A stretch of 24,000 nucleotides of DNA from Candidatus Geothermarchaeota archaeon (GTDB taxonomy: Archaea; Thermoproteota; Nitrososphaeria; Geothermarchaeales; JDFR-13). The DNA is taken from positions 12,335 through 36,334 of the forward strand of contig WAKC01000009.1 in assembly GCA_015523605.1 (NCBI GenBank). Reading direction: 5' to 3'. Of this stretch, positions 1 through 8,762 are shown piece after piece. Within the stretch, counting starts at the first letter, position 1. Every line of letters starts with the position of its first letter. The notes beneath the pieces are model-generated. The model had not been told where the DNA came from, did not search any database, and saw nothing but the letters and a program-made list of their open reading frames with translations. The translations under genes and the position numbers were made by a program.

Positions 1-631
1 AGCTATTTATAAGCAGTCTTGCAACGTCCTTACCTCCATATTTATTAGTTAATTCTCTTCCTAACTCATCATTGGATAGGGAGGCCATCTCCTGGACAAA
101 TCTGTAGCCCCTAATATGGTTTATCCTATGTATTCCAAATCTTTGGTAGGAGAAGTAGTTGGGTATACGGCTTTTCTGAAGCTCCCTCAAGACGATTTCC
201 TCAATCTTCTTCTTATATTTACTTGTATCTTCAACTTCAACTGTTATTTCAAATCTATTTCCTAGGTGGAGGTCTGATACTCTCGTATCTCTTGATATTG
301 AGCCGACGTATTCAAACCCTTCTCTCCTTATTCTCCTCCTGGATAAGACATACTGTATAGTCTCGGCGTATTTATCCTTCCTACCCAGTGTAGTGGCTCC
401 ATATCTACGCAGATAAGTATTTAACTGTGTACTATCGACACCCCATTTTTTAGTAATCTTGTATATGTGGATGTCGCCATCTTTTGTAACTAGGTTTTCA
501 TCGATTATCTCTTCAACTTTGAATGAACCTGGGCCATTCTTTATTCTATGGGGAATGTGTGTTAAATCGTTTATTGCATAGTAACATAAACCTATGAATA
601 TGTCTTCATGTACCGGGGATCTTAGGTACAA
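1..631 (-). CDS. truD: tRNA pseudouridine synthase D (TruD), partial (C-terminus beyond window edge)
   Basis: Manual minus-strand translation from TTG at 631: LYLRSPVHEDIFIGLCYYAINDLTHIPHRIKNGPGSFKVEEIIDE...RIPNYFSYQRFGIHRINHIRGY; FxVxEI and NYFxxQRFG are TruD signatures. Open to the window edge; not in the ORF track. Located directly downstream of pth2. Confidence 0.88.
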   Translation of the reverse strand, partial: MYLRSPVHEDIFIGLCYYAINDLTHIPHRIKNGPGSFKVEEIIDENLVTKDGDIHIYKITKKWGVDSTQLNTYLRRYGATTLGRKDKYAETIQYVLSRRRIRREGFEYVGSISRDTRVSDLHLGNRFEITVEVEDTSKYKKKIEEIVLRELQKSRIPNYFSYQRFGIHRINHIRGYRFVQEMASLSNDELGRELTNKYGGKDVARLLINS

Positions 632-649
632 ATAATCTCACCTGTAAAG

Positions 650-1006
650 CTACATCAATTTTAAATCGCCCGTTATCTCGTCGATCAACTCTTCTTTATC
701 TGGACCTATACCTATCGCTGTTAAAGTCCCCGGCTCTAGCTGGGTATGTCCAGCATCTCGTATAATACATGCAGTTATACCTCGTTCAATAGCTTTTTCA
801 TATCTCTCCAAAGCTGTTTTATAATCTGGAACCTTTAGAACGACTTTTTTCTGACCCTGTTTTATCCATTCATGGGCTAACTCAGGTTTTTCCTTTAGTG
901 TTATATAGAAACATTGGACAGATGCATGTGCAACCTGGGCAGCTAATTTCCCTTTACCCATCTTCAGATCCGTCCTTACCAGAATAACCTGCTTCAACCT
1001 ATTCAT
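650..1006 (-). CDS. pth2: archaeal/eukaryotic-type peptidyl-tRNA hydrolase Pth2
   Basis: 118 aa; [26 protein letters not shown]...[24 protein letters not shown]-type motifs (here [24 protein letters not shown]). Confidence 0.97.
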   Translation of the reverse strand: [118 protein letters not shown]

Positions 1007-1076
1007 ATCCCTACATACCCTCCCAAATAACTTATTTTGAATAGTGATATAGATTTTGATTGACGGGATGGTCTAG

Positions 1077-2198
1077 ATGGCCAGTTATCATCCTATAAAG
1101 ATATATGGAGCGGGTCCAGCTGGGCTTACATTAGCAAATAAACTAGTTGAAAATGGGTTTGAACCAATAATTTATGAGTCGAATCCGGTTGTAGGTAAGC
1201 CTCAACATTGTAGTGGTGTCGTCAGCGGCCGATTTATCGATGAAGCCCATATTCCACATTCTCTAGTTCGGAATAAATTCTATGGTGTAGAGCTTTGGAT
1301 AGGCAGATTACACGTAAAGGCGGAGTCTTCCACACCTAAGGCATATGCAATAGACAGATATAGGTATGAACTATGGCTGGAAGAGACGTTTATAGACTCT
1401 GGAGGTGAAATCAAGTTTAGAGTTGAGATGGATTATCATAAGCCTATAAGAAGAGACGGCCTCATCGTCGATGCTACTGGAGTGAGGAGTTACATCGTTC
1501 ATAAGAGGGGAGAGGTTCTCCCAGCCCTCCAATTAATTCTTAATGGTAATGGTATAATGGATGAATATAATCCTAAACTTGCAAGTATTATTGTGGATAA
1601 GAAAGTGAATCCGGATTTTTTCTCTTGGGCAATAAATAATGGGGATAGTCGATGGAAGATAGGTACAGCATCAAATGCAAATTTATGGGATGTGCTCTCC
1701 TCAGCTATTAATACCGATGTTTGGACACTGAGAAAAAATTCGTTAGAACGTCTCTATGGCCATGTGGTTGTAGGTGGACCGGTTAAGAACTTCTTCGATC
1801 CGTCGAGGAACACTGTATTGATAGGGGATTCTGCTGGGCAGACTAAGGTAACCACTGGTGGAGGTCTATATTATATACTACTGGCTTCTAAAATGTTTGT
1901 TGAATCATTGGTAGAAGGTTCTCCTGATTATACCCAGAAATTTTATAGGGAATTGAAGGATGAATATAGACTTCAGAGGCTCTTGAGAAGCCTGTTTCTC
2001 AAGATTTCTCAAGAAGATCTGGAAGAGGTAATAAATATCATGGCTAGAAAGGAGCTATTTAATTTGATGTTGATGTTAGGTGATATGGATTTCCATATGA
2101 CGAGTCTAGTAAGACTTGCTATGGACAGAGATTTCATGAAAACCTTCATTAAAATGTCCAAATATATCGAACTTTCGATGTTATTCAGCTCCGTCTAG
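1077..2198 (+). CDS. geranylgeranyl reductase family FAD-dependent oxidoreductase
   Basis: N-terminal dinucleotide-binding GAGPAGLTLANKLVENG; GKPQHCSGVVSG; C-terminal VLIGDSAGQTKVTTGGGLYY as in archaeal GGR family. Confidence 0.85.
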   Translation: MASYHPIKIYGAGPAGLTLANKLVENGFEPIIYESNPVVGKPQHCSGVVSGRFIDEAHIPHSLVRNKFYGVELWIGRLHVKAESSTPKAYAIDRYRYELWLEETFIDSGGEIKFRVEMDYHKPIRRDGLIVDATGVRSYIVHKRGEVLPALQLILNGNGIMDEYNPKLASIIVDKKVNPDFFSWAINNGDSRWKIGTASNANLWDVLSSAINTDVWTLRKNSLERLYGHVVVGGPVKNFFDPSRNTVLIGDSAGQTKVTTGGGLYYILLASKMFVESLVEGSPDYTQKFYRELKDEYRLQRLLRSLFLKISQEDLEEVINIMARKELFNLMLMLGDMDFHMTSLVRLAMDRDFMKTFIKMSKYIELSMLFSSV

Positions 2199-2248
2199 AC
2201 ATCAAGGTTTATAAAAAAGTATATTGATATAGGTGTTATTGATGTGAT

Positions 2249-2434
2249 ATGAGTATAGAGATAGAGTATAACCCACCCAAATGTACTTCATGTAATAAAA
2301 ATATTTTGGCGTTTGAATCTACAGTGTATTTCCCATGTCCTGAATGTGGTGAAGTTATTATCTGGAGATGTGAGAAGTGCCGTAGATTCGCTAGGGAGTA
2401 TAAATGTCCCTCCTGTGGATTTGTAGGCCCATGA
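2249..2434 (+). CDS. small zinc-ribbon (four CxxC-type knuckles) nucleic-acid-binding protein
   Basis: 61 aa with CTSC, CPEC, CEKC, CPSC; archaeal small Zn-ribbon family typically adjacent to aEF-1B. Confidence 0.85.
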   Translation: MSIEIEYNPPKCTSCNKNILAFESTVYFPCPECGEVIIWRCEKCRRFAREYKCPSCGFVGP

Positions 2435-2445
2435 GGTAATGTGAC

Positions 2446-2721
2446 ATGGCTAAAATGGGGTTAATATATAAGATAAATCCTGAGGAGCCTGGTCAGGAAG
2501 TCCTCAATAGGATTTTGGATGAAGTCAAGACTATAGCCAGTGAATTGGGTGGTGAACTTAAGGATTATAAGATTGAGCCTCTTGCTTTTGGACTGTATTC
2601 ATTAACTGTATTGGTATCTGTAGATGAAGGTGATGAGACCTTCCCCGACGAGTTTGAATCTAGAGTATCAAATCTCGAGGGGATAAGTAGTATAGAGAAC
2701 GTTGGGATGACACGTTTATAG
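2446..2721 (+). CDS. translation elongation factor aEF-1 beta
   Basis: 91 aa; MAKMGLIYKINPEEPGQEVLNRI...KIEPLAFGLYSLTVLVSVDE...GISSIENVGMTRL, typical archaeal EF-1B. Confidence 0.93.
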   Translation: MAKMGLIYKINPEEPGQEVLNRILDEVKTIASELGGELKDYKIEPLAFGLYSLTVLVSVDEGDETFPDEFESRVSNLEGISSIENVGMTRL

Positions 2722-2858
2722 CTCATCATTTTTCATCAGTAATAATCTATATGTATATATTATTCTGTCTCTATATGTAGGTGTCTAAATAGCAATATTT
2801 GTTTTTAAACATAGGTTAAGCCAAAATTAATATATAGATAGTATATTGGATATGGTGT

Positions 2859-5036
2859 TTGAGTAAGATGGAGAAAGTGGTTGAACTACGGGTTAGAGAC
2901 GCATACCCAAGGGATATAGATAGAGGTATAATTCGTATCCATAGACTTGTAATGGAGAGGTTGGGTATAAAGGAGAGGAGTTCAATTCTCGTAGAGAAGA
3001 AGGGGCGTGTTGTTGGCTGGGTTGCGTCTCTAGCTATGGAGGAGCCTGAAGACATTATAAGATTAGATGATGATATGAAACGTAATCTGGGAGTATCTAA
3101 TAATGACGTGGTATCTGTTAGGCCTATTAGACTCTTCCCTGCTAAAAAGATTGTGTTGGTGCCTCTCGACAGAATTGAAAATATTGATAGGAATTTTGAG
3201 AATACTATTCATAATAGGTTGATTAATAGACCTCTTTTACGTGGAAATATTGTGACTATCAAACTTTTTGGTGCCTCTATCTCGCTAAGGGTTAAGAAGG
3301 TATCGCCAGATTCACCTGTATATGTTGCGGAGACTACAAAACTTGTAATCGCTAGTGATCTATCCGAGCATATTGAGGATACGGAGATTAGATATGAAGA
3401 TATTGGTGGGCTTGAGAAGGAGATTGAGAAGATTAGGGAGATGGTGGAGCTTCCACTTAGATTTCCCAAGATCTTCAGACATTTAGGTATAGATCCGCCT
3501 AAAGGAGTGCTTCTACATGGTCCCCCAGGATGTGGAAAGACTTTGTTGGCAAAGGCGGTAGCTAATGAGAGTGAAGCCAGTTTCTTCGCTATTAATGGGC
3601 CGGAGATTACAAGTAAATATTATGGAGAATCTGAGGCAAAGCTTAGAGAGATATTTAGGAAGGCTGAAGAGAATGCCCCCTCAATCATATTCATAGATGA
3701 GTTAGACTCTATAGCTCCCAAGAGGGAGGATGTATCGGGAGAGGCGGAAAAGAGGGTTGTTGCCCAACTTTTAACTTTGATGGATGGTCTTAAAGGTAGG
3801 GGTCAAGTTATAGTGATAGGTGCCACCAATAGGATAGATGCTATAGATCCCGCCCTTAGGAGACCTGGAAGGTTCGATAGGGAGATTGAGATTAGAATAC
3901 CTGATGAAAAGGGTAGGTATGAAATATTTAAGATACATACTCGTGGTATGCCTCTCGCTGATGATGTAGATATTAAGAAGCTTGCCAGCATAACACATGG
4001 ATATACGGGTGCAGATATCCAGGCGATATGTAGAGAAGCGGCTATGAAGGCTTTAAAGAGGAATCTCCCCCTCATAGAGGAATATTCTGATACTGGAGAT
4101 ATTCCCGATGAGGTGTTAAGCAAGATAACCGTGACTATGAAGGATTTCATGGATGCATTTAAAGAGATTGTTCCAACTGCTTTGAGAGAGGTGGAGGTCT
4201 CGATACCCAAAGTAACTTGGGATGATATAGGGGGGTTGGAGGAGATTAAAGAGGCTCTTAGAGAGAATATAGAGTGGCCATTGAAGTATCCCGATAAGTT
4301 TAAGAGACTTGGTATTGAACCCCCAAAGGGTATACTCCTGTATGGCCCGCCTGGAACAGGTAAGACGTTATTGGCTCAGGCCATAGCTAGTGAGACCAAT
4401 ATGAACTTTATAGTGGTGAAGGGCCCCGAACTTCTAAGTAAATGGGTTGGTGAATCTGAGAAGGGTATCCGTAGAGTCTTCCGGAGGGCTAGAGATGCGG
4501 CTCCAAGCATAATCTTCTTTGATGAGATTGAAGCATTGGTCCCCATAAGGGGTAGCGATGTAGGCTCGGGAGTTACAAATAGGGTCATCAGTCAATTCCT
4601 TACAGAGTTCGACGGTATAACTAGGCTTGAGGACGTAATCGTTATAGGTGCTACAAATAGGCCTGATATGATTGATCAGGCACTCCTACGACCCGGACGG
4701 ATGGATTTAATGATTTATGTTCCACCTCCTGATAAGAAGGAGAGACTCAGCATCTTAAAGATACACACAAAGTCTATGCCCTTGGATGATTCAGTAGATC
4801 TGGCTCATATAGCCGAGATAACTGAATACTATACAGGTGCTGATTTAAGAGCTCTAGTGAGGGAGGCTGCTATGAACGCTCTCCGTAGTGGTAGGGATAG
4901 GGTTTCGAATGATGATTTTATACATGCAATGGATAAAGTACCCCCTTCATTGAATGACTCGATTATAGAGTGGTATGAAAACTATAGAAAGTCGATGCAT
5001 AGGAAAAGGATTAGACTCCCAGCCGCATTTACATAG
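2859..5036 (+). CDS. Cdc48/VAT-family AAA+ ATPase (N domain, D1 and D2)
   Basis: 725 aa with two AAA modules: [17 protein letters not shown] / [12 protein letters not shown] and [17 protein letters not shown] / [13 protein letters not shown]; N-terminal double-psi-barrel-like region. Confidence 0.97.
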   Translation: MSKMEKVVELRVRDAYPRDIDRGIIRIHRLVMERLGIKERSSILVEKKGRVVGWVASLAMEEPEDIIRLDDDMKRNLGVSNNDVVSVRPIRLFPAKKIVLVPLDRIENIDRNFENTIHNRLINRPLLRGNIVTIKLFGASISLRVKKVSPDSPVYVAETTKLVIASDLSEHIEDTEIRYEDIGGLEKEIEKIREMVELPLRFPKIFRHLGIDPPKGVLLHGPPGCGKTLLAKAVANESEASFFAINGPEITSKYYGESEAKLREIFRKAEENAPSIIFIDELDSIAPKREDVSGEAEKRVVAQLLTLMDGLKGRGQVIVIGATNRIDAIDPALRRPGRFDREIEIRIPDEKGRYEIFKIHTRGMPLADDVDIKKLASITHGYTGADIQAICREAAMKALKRNLPLIEEYSDTGDIPDEVLSKITVTMKDFMDAFKEIVPTALREVEVSIPKVTWDDIGGLEEIKEALRENIEWPLKYPDKFKRLGIEPPKGILLYGPPGTGKTLLAQAIASETNMNFIVVKGPELLSKWVGESEKGIRRVFRRARDAAPSIIFFDEIEALVPIRGSDVGSGVTNRVISQFLTEFDGITRLEDVIVIGATNRPDMIDQALLRPGRMDLMIYVPPPDKKERLSILKIHTKSMPLDDSVDLAHIAEITEYYTGADLRALVREAAMNALRSGRDRVSNDDFIHAMDKVPPSLNDSIIEWYENYRKSMHRKRIRLPAAFT

Positions 5037-5104
5037 TAGTTCAACCTCTTCATTTTTCGATTTATATTGTAATATTTATATTTTGGGTATGTCGGTGATA
5101 AAGT

Positions 5105-5347
5105 ATGCCTTCTGATTGGGTTGTACGTCCTGTAACAAATATAGTGTATAAGGCTATCGAGGAATTGATAGGTGGTAAATCTGGAGATGGATATATTGAG
5201 TATAGAGAATTGAGATATTATATCGGCGATAGATATCCCAATCTATCTGAGGAGGAGATTAGAAAAGCACTTCTAAATCTAGAGCTATGGGGTAAAATAA
5301 AGGTTGAGAATAATGGTAACGACTTGGAGATAAGGATTAGAAGATAG
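5105..5347 (+). CDS. hypothetical protein, possible small winged-helix-like domain
   Basis: 80 aa ORF in a tight gap between cdc48 and fen, same strand; ends 18 nt before the fen TTG start. Confidence 0.65.
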   Translation: MPSDWVVRPVTNIVYKAIEELIGGKSGDGYIEYRELRYYIGDRYPNLSEEEIRKALLNLELWGKIKVENNGNDLEIRIRR

Positions 5348-5365
5348 TCAGGGGGTGTTATATCC

Positions 5366-6385
5366 TTGGGAGTAAATCTATCCCCTATAGTTGCAGAGTT
5401 TAAGAAGCAGATTGATTTTCCATATCTGAGGGGCTGGATATTAGCTATTGATGCATATAACACTCTCTATCAATTTATAACTACTATTAGGGATAAGACC
5501 GGCAATCCTCTTAGGGATAGTAGGGGTAGGGTGACCAGCCATTTAAGCGGTCTATTTTATAGAAATGTACAACTATTGAAGCATGGTATCAAACTTGTAT
5601 ATGTCTTTGACGGCGTACCTCCCAAGAGGAAGATGGAAGAGTTGAAGAGGCGTCGGGTGGTTAAGGAGGAAGGATATAGGAAATATCTGGAGGCAGTTGA
5701 GAAAGGGGATTATGAGAGCGCCCGTAAATACGCGGCTGTAGCCGCTACCCTAGAGGATTATATGGTGAGTGATGCAAAGAGACTATTAAATCTTCTTGGT
5801 ATCCCCGTTGTACAGGCCCCTTCGGAGGGTGAGGCGCAGGCCGCATATATGGCGAAGAAGGGGGATGTATCGGCTGTAGCCTCCCAAGATTATGACTCTC
5901 TTCTCTTTGGAGCACCCAAAATAGTTAGGAATGTTACTTTGACGGGTACAATTAAATATCCGAGTAAGGGTATCGAGGTAAAGCTTGAGCCTGAAATTGT
6001 AGAGCTTAAGAAGATATTAGAGGGTTTGGAGATTTCATATGAACAGTTGGTGGACATGGGTATAATAATAGGTACAGACTATAATGAGGGGATAAAGGGT
6101 ATCGGACCTAAAAAGGCTCTTGAATACATAAAGGCATATGGCTCTGCTGATAAGATCCCAGAGGTAATGAGGCATATGACCTTGGAGGACTTAATGGAGT
6201 TGAGAAGGTTATTCATGTCTCCAGAAGTCACCGACGACTATTCCCTTGAATTTAAGAATCCGGACTACTCGGGTGTAGAGGAGTTTCTATGTGGTGAGCA
6301 TGATTTTAGTGAGCAGAGGGTTAGGAAGGCATTGAATGAACTGAAGAAGTCTCTATCTACGAAGAGTCTGGACTATTGGTTTTAA
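5366..6385 (+). CDS. fen: flap endonuclease 1 (FEN1)
   Basis: 339 aa; MGVNLSPIV...ILAIDAYNTLYQF, VYVFDGVPPKRK, VVQAPSEGEAQAAYMA, SQDYDSLLFG, GTDYNEGIKGIGPKKAL. TTG start with GGGGG(T)G ribosome-binding-like sequence upstream. Confidence 0.97.
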   Translation: MGVNLSPIVAEFKKQIDFPYLRGWILAIDAYNTLYQFITTIRDKTGNPLRDSRGRVTSHLSGLFYRNVQLLKHGIKLVYVFDGVPPKRKMEELKRRRVVKEEGYRKYLEAVEKGDYESARKYAAVAATLEDYMVSDAKRLLNLLGIPVVQAPSEGEAQAAYMAKKGDVSAVASQDYDSLLFGAPKIVRNVTLTGTIKYPSKGIEVKLEPEIVELKKILEGLEISYEQLVDMGIIIGTDYNEGIKGIGPKKALEYIKAYGSADKIPEVMRHMTLEDLMELRRLFMSPEVTDDYSLEFKNPDYSGVEEFLCGEHDFSEQRVRKALNELKKSLSTKSLDYWF

Positions 6386-6432
6386 CTTGTGATAAGCCTT
6401 AAAAATCATATTTGAATATATTTGAATGATGT

Positions 6433-6509
6433 GCGGCCGTAGTCTAGTCTGGTAGGACGCCGGCCTGCCACGCCGGAGGACCCGGGTTCAAATCCCGGCG
6501 GCCGCACCA
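6433..6509 (+). tRNA. tRNA-Gly(GCC), 3' CCA encoded
   Basis: GCGGCCG acceptor pairs CGGCCGC; anticodon stem CCGGC/GCCGG around loop CTGCCAC; T arm CCGGG-TTCAAAT-CCCGG; discriminator A and CCA. Confidence 0.96.
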
Positions 6510-6526
6510 ACAACCTATATCTTATG

Positions 6527-6901
6527 CTACCAAGGCACTATACCCTCTAGTAAAAGACTGTTATATCTATTTGCTTCTCTATATGCATCATAGATTTGTA
6601 TGGCATGATACACTACATAGAGTAGTATGTTTGTTAATACCGCGACAAGAGCTATTATGAACGCGATAGCCATGACGAGTATCCCTCTCCCTATATCGCC
6701 AACATAGATCTGCCCCAGCCCTGGAAATATAAAGGAGAGTATCCCAGCCAGGGTAGGGTCTTTCTTCTTGAGTAGATATACTGTTGAGACATCCCGCTCC
6801 CCATCCTCTTTGAACATTGAGAGGTCATATCCACAGTTATCACACCTATCCTTATCACCCTTAATTTCACTGCCGCATTTAGGGCAATACCTAATATCCA
6901 T
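6527..6901 (-). CDS. zinc-ribbon plus transmembrane protein (TM2-like)
   Basis: 124 aa; N-terminal YCPKCGSEI...CDNCGYDL, then hydrophobic LAGILSFIFPGLGQIYVGDIGRGILVMAIAFIIALVAVL. Confidence 0.75.
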   Translation of the reverse strand: MDIRYCPKCGSEIKGDKDRCDNCGYDLSMFKEDGERDVSTVYLLKKKDPTLAGILSFIFPGLGQIYVGDIGRGILVMAIAFIIALVAVLTNILLYVVYHAIQIYDAYREANRYNSLLLEGIVPW

Positions 6902-7110
6902 CTCAATAAAAATTATATGTAAATATTGAAAAATTAGTTATTCCGTCTTACGGTAATCAGTTATAGGTTATATACTTGAGAATTGAGACCTCATTTGGAG
7001 GACCGCCTCTCATTATCCTGTTTAAATCATGTTTTATTTAGTAAAATTCTTTAAAAAGATGCTGTGGATATATTTGATGATAAACAATCGATGATATGGT
7101 TCTATGTTTT

Positions 7111-7188
7111 GGGGCCGTGGTGTAGCTTGGCTAGCATGCGGGCCTTGGGAGCCCGTGGTCCCCGGTTCAAATCCGGGCGGCCCCACCA
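7111..7188 (+). tRNA. tRNA-Pro(TGG), 3' CCA encoded
   Basis: GGGGCCG/CGGCCCC acceptor; CGGGC-CTTGGGA-GCCCG anticodon arm; CCCGG-TTCAAAT-CCGGG T arm; A + CCA. Confidence 0.96.
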
Positions 7189-7202
7189 TCCTAAGCCTAG
7201 TT

Positions 7203-7598
7203 CTATATCACTATTCTATCTCCTATTATCTCGCCTCTAATGACTATGAAGCTCCCTCTCTCCTCCATAACAACGATATAAATCTTTCCTTTTGATACGT
7301 CGACGTTAAGCCCCTCTTTATCTATATATCCATGTTTCAGTAGATGCCGGATTCTTTCTTGGTCACGTTCTATATAAAGTGTAATCATATTGTGAGATAG
7401 GTTTTTGAGAGTTTCCAATCTCAAAGCCTGTATAGCATTTGATCTTTCGATTCTCTCAATATTTACACCATATGAAAATATCTTTATTCCCAGCTTCCTC
7501 AAGATCTTCTCTAAAGCCGATGAATATAGCTTACCTTTAAGGTGGTCTACAGCTACTTCTACCTTGTATCTAAAACTGTCTTTGTCAAGCTTCTCCAT
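7203..7598 (-). CDS. hypothetical protein
   Basis: 131 aa ORF 5 nt downstream of the NSUN-like methyltransferase stop, same strand, no recognised domain by eye. Confidence 0.6.
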   Translation of the reverse strand: MEKLDKDSFRYKVEVAVDHLKGKLYSSALEKILRKLGIKIFSYGVNIERIERSNAIQALRLETLKNLSHNMITLYIERDQERIRHLLKHGYIDKEGLNVDVSKGKIYIVVMEERGSFIVIRGEIIGDRIVI

Positions 7599-7603
7599 GT
7601 TAT

Positions 7604-8530
7604 CTACCTCCTTAGAAGCGCTACATAGGATGTTCCGATGTTTCCACCGAATCTATCGAGGTTCAATGATGGAATGATGTAATGTGTCTTACTTATCTCA
7701 GGATATTCATCATCTCTAGGCTGTACAGTCTTGAACGGTAGTTTCCATTTGGTATCTACTACCTTAAATCCCAGCTCGATAGCATGTTTAACCACGTCTT
7801 CACACTCAGCCTTGGATAATGTACATGTAATATAGAGAAGCTCTCCACCCTCAGCCAGTAGATTATAGATGTTTCTAATAATCTTCTTCTGTAGTTTTCC
7901 ATATTCCCCTGTTCTCTTGATGTTGGATAGAACCTCCCTTCTCCTCTTGTATATAAGGTTTAGACTGGAACAAGGTGCATCGAATAACACCATATCATAC
8001 TGGAAATTAACAGGAAACTTTTCACCTCTATATTGAGTTAGTATAATATTTGGAAGAAGGTACTTCTGAATGTTATTCTGTAGTCTCCTAAGCCTTATTC
8101 TATTTGGTTCGTTAGCTATTATAACTCCTTTTTTAAAGATGTTACTCAGTAAGAACGTCTTTCCTCCGGGGGCTGCTGAGATATCTAAGATGGTTCTCTC
8201 TTCATCCTTATAATCTCCCCATATATATAGGGGGACTACACTAACCAACTCCATTATATAGTATACACCATAACGATAGATGGGAACCCTGCCAATATTC
8301 TCATTCTCAGTTATTAGATAGGGTATCTTGGAGTCGGAAACCACTTCAGCGTCTACATCTAGAGTGTTGAATAACTCCTTTATAATACTTATAGTGATGC
8401 CTATCTGCGTATTCGGTATAACCGCTTTTAAAGGCCTCTTAATAGCTATGGATAAGTACTCCCACAAATCTATATTGAGGGTGATCTCTTTACTCAAAAT
8501 CTGATGTATCCTTTGAATTTCATCCGCCAT
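7604..8530 (-). CDS. NOL1/NOP2/Sun (NSUN)-type RNA cytosine-C5 methyltransferase
   Basis: 308 aa; SAM motif LDISAAPGGKTFLLS, motif IV VLFDAPCSSLN, motif VI GELLYITCTLSKAECEDVV. Confidence 0.92.
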   Translation of the reverse strand: MADEIQRIHQILSKEITLNIDLWEYLSIAIKRPLKAVIPNTQIGITISIIKELFNTLDVDAEVVSDSKIPYLITENENIGRVPIYRYGVYYIMELVSVVPLYIWGDYKDEERTILDISAAPGGKTFLLSNIFKKGVIIANEPNRIRLRRLQNNIQKYLLPNIILTQYRGEKFPVNFQYDMVLFDAPCSSLNLIYKRRREVLSNIKRTGEYGKLQKKIIRNIYNLLAEGGELLYITCTLSKAECEDVVKHAIELGFKVVDTKWKLPFKTVQPRDDEYPEISKTHYIIPSLNLDRFGGNIGTSYVALLRR

Positions 8531-8675
8531 AGCCTATCATAAATAAATTAATTATCACCTTGAATCTTGAATCGGCTATATGCCTTTTTCAACCGTTAAA
8601 TTTTTAATTAGAAGTTATGTTGGATAGATAATTGTAGGACAGCATTAGTAATGGGGCCGTGGCCCAGCCAGGCAG

Positions 8676-8690
8676 TGCATCTGCGCCGAA
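8676..8690 (+). other. tRNA-Trp intron 1, position 22/23 (D arm), 15 nt
   Basis: TGCATCTGCGCCGAA. Removal restores D stem GCCC/GGGC. BHB-like fold: exon G8671-C8673 pairs with intron G8685-C8687 (A8670 x G8688 mismatch), internal GC/GC helix with ATCT loop, 3-nt bulges at both cuts. Confidence 0.8.
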
Positions 8691-8698
8691 GGCGGCCG

Positions 8699-8713
8699 AA
8701 CAAATGTGTCGAG
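8699..8713 (+). other. tRNA-Trp intron 2, position 30/31 (anticodon stem), 15 nt
   Basis: AACAAATGTGTCGAG. Four-pair central helix C8693-G8696 region (CGGC) with intron 8708-8711 (GTCG), internal AC/GT helix with AAAT loop, 3-nt bulges CG|A and AG|G. Removal restores GCCGG/CCGGT anticodon stem. Confidence 0.82.
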
Positions 8714-8720
8714 GCTCCAG

Positions 8721-8762
8721 ATCGGTAGTAAGACCCTATAAAAGAGGGGATGATTGGGTGAC
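8721..8762 (+). other. tRNA-Trp intron 3, canonical position 37/38, 42 nt
   Basis: Exon CTCC (32-35) pairs with intron GGTG (8757-8760) with one T x T mismatch; bulges AG|A and AC|A; an internal hairpin CCCT(8734-8737)/AGGG(8745-8748). 37/38 is the classical archaeal tRNA-Trp intron site. Confidence 0.85.

Noticed and set aside
2816-4588. Antisense ORFs in the ORF track across cdc48 (2816-3055, 3209-3469, 3771-3998, 3803-4210, 4376-4588)
   Set aside because: They lie opposite a strongly supported Cdc48/VAT gene and have low-complexity Ser/Ile-rich translations with no recognisable motifs. They are frame shadows.
7104-7295. 63-aa plus-strand ORF over tRNA-Pro(TGG)
   Set aside because: Translation (PWEPVVPGSNPGG) is the well-known spurious product of a tRNA sequence.
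8673-8690. Alternative intron 1 boundaries (20/21, removing AGTGCATCTGCGCCG)
   Set aside because: This leaves A22 opposite C13 in the D stem and fits the BHB central helix poorly. The 22/23 placement restores four D-stem pairs.
8697-8712. Intron 2 placed at 29/30 (GAACAAATGTGTCGA), which gives the same mature sequence
   Set aside because: The mature RNA is identical, but only the 30/31 register gives four central-helix pairs and a 2-bp internal helix.
8746-8756. Possible C-box-like GGGGATGATTG in tRNA-Trp intron 3, suggesting a box C/D guide RNA in the intron
   Set aside because: The intron is only 42 nt, with no convincing D, C' or D' boxes, unlike the longer guide-containing tRNA-Trp introns of euryarchaea.
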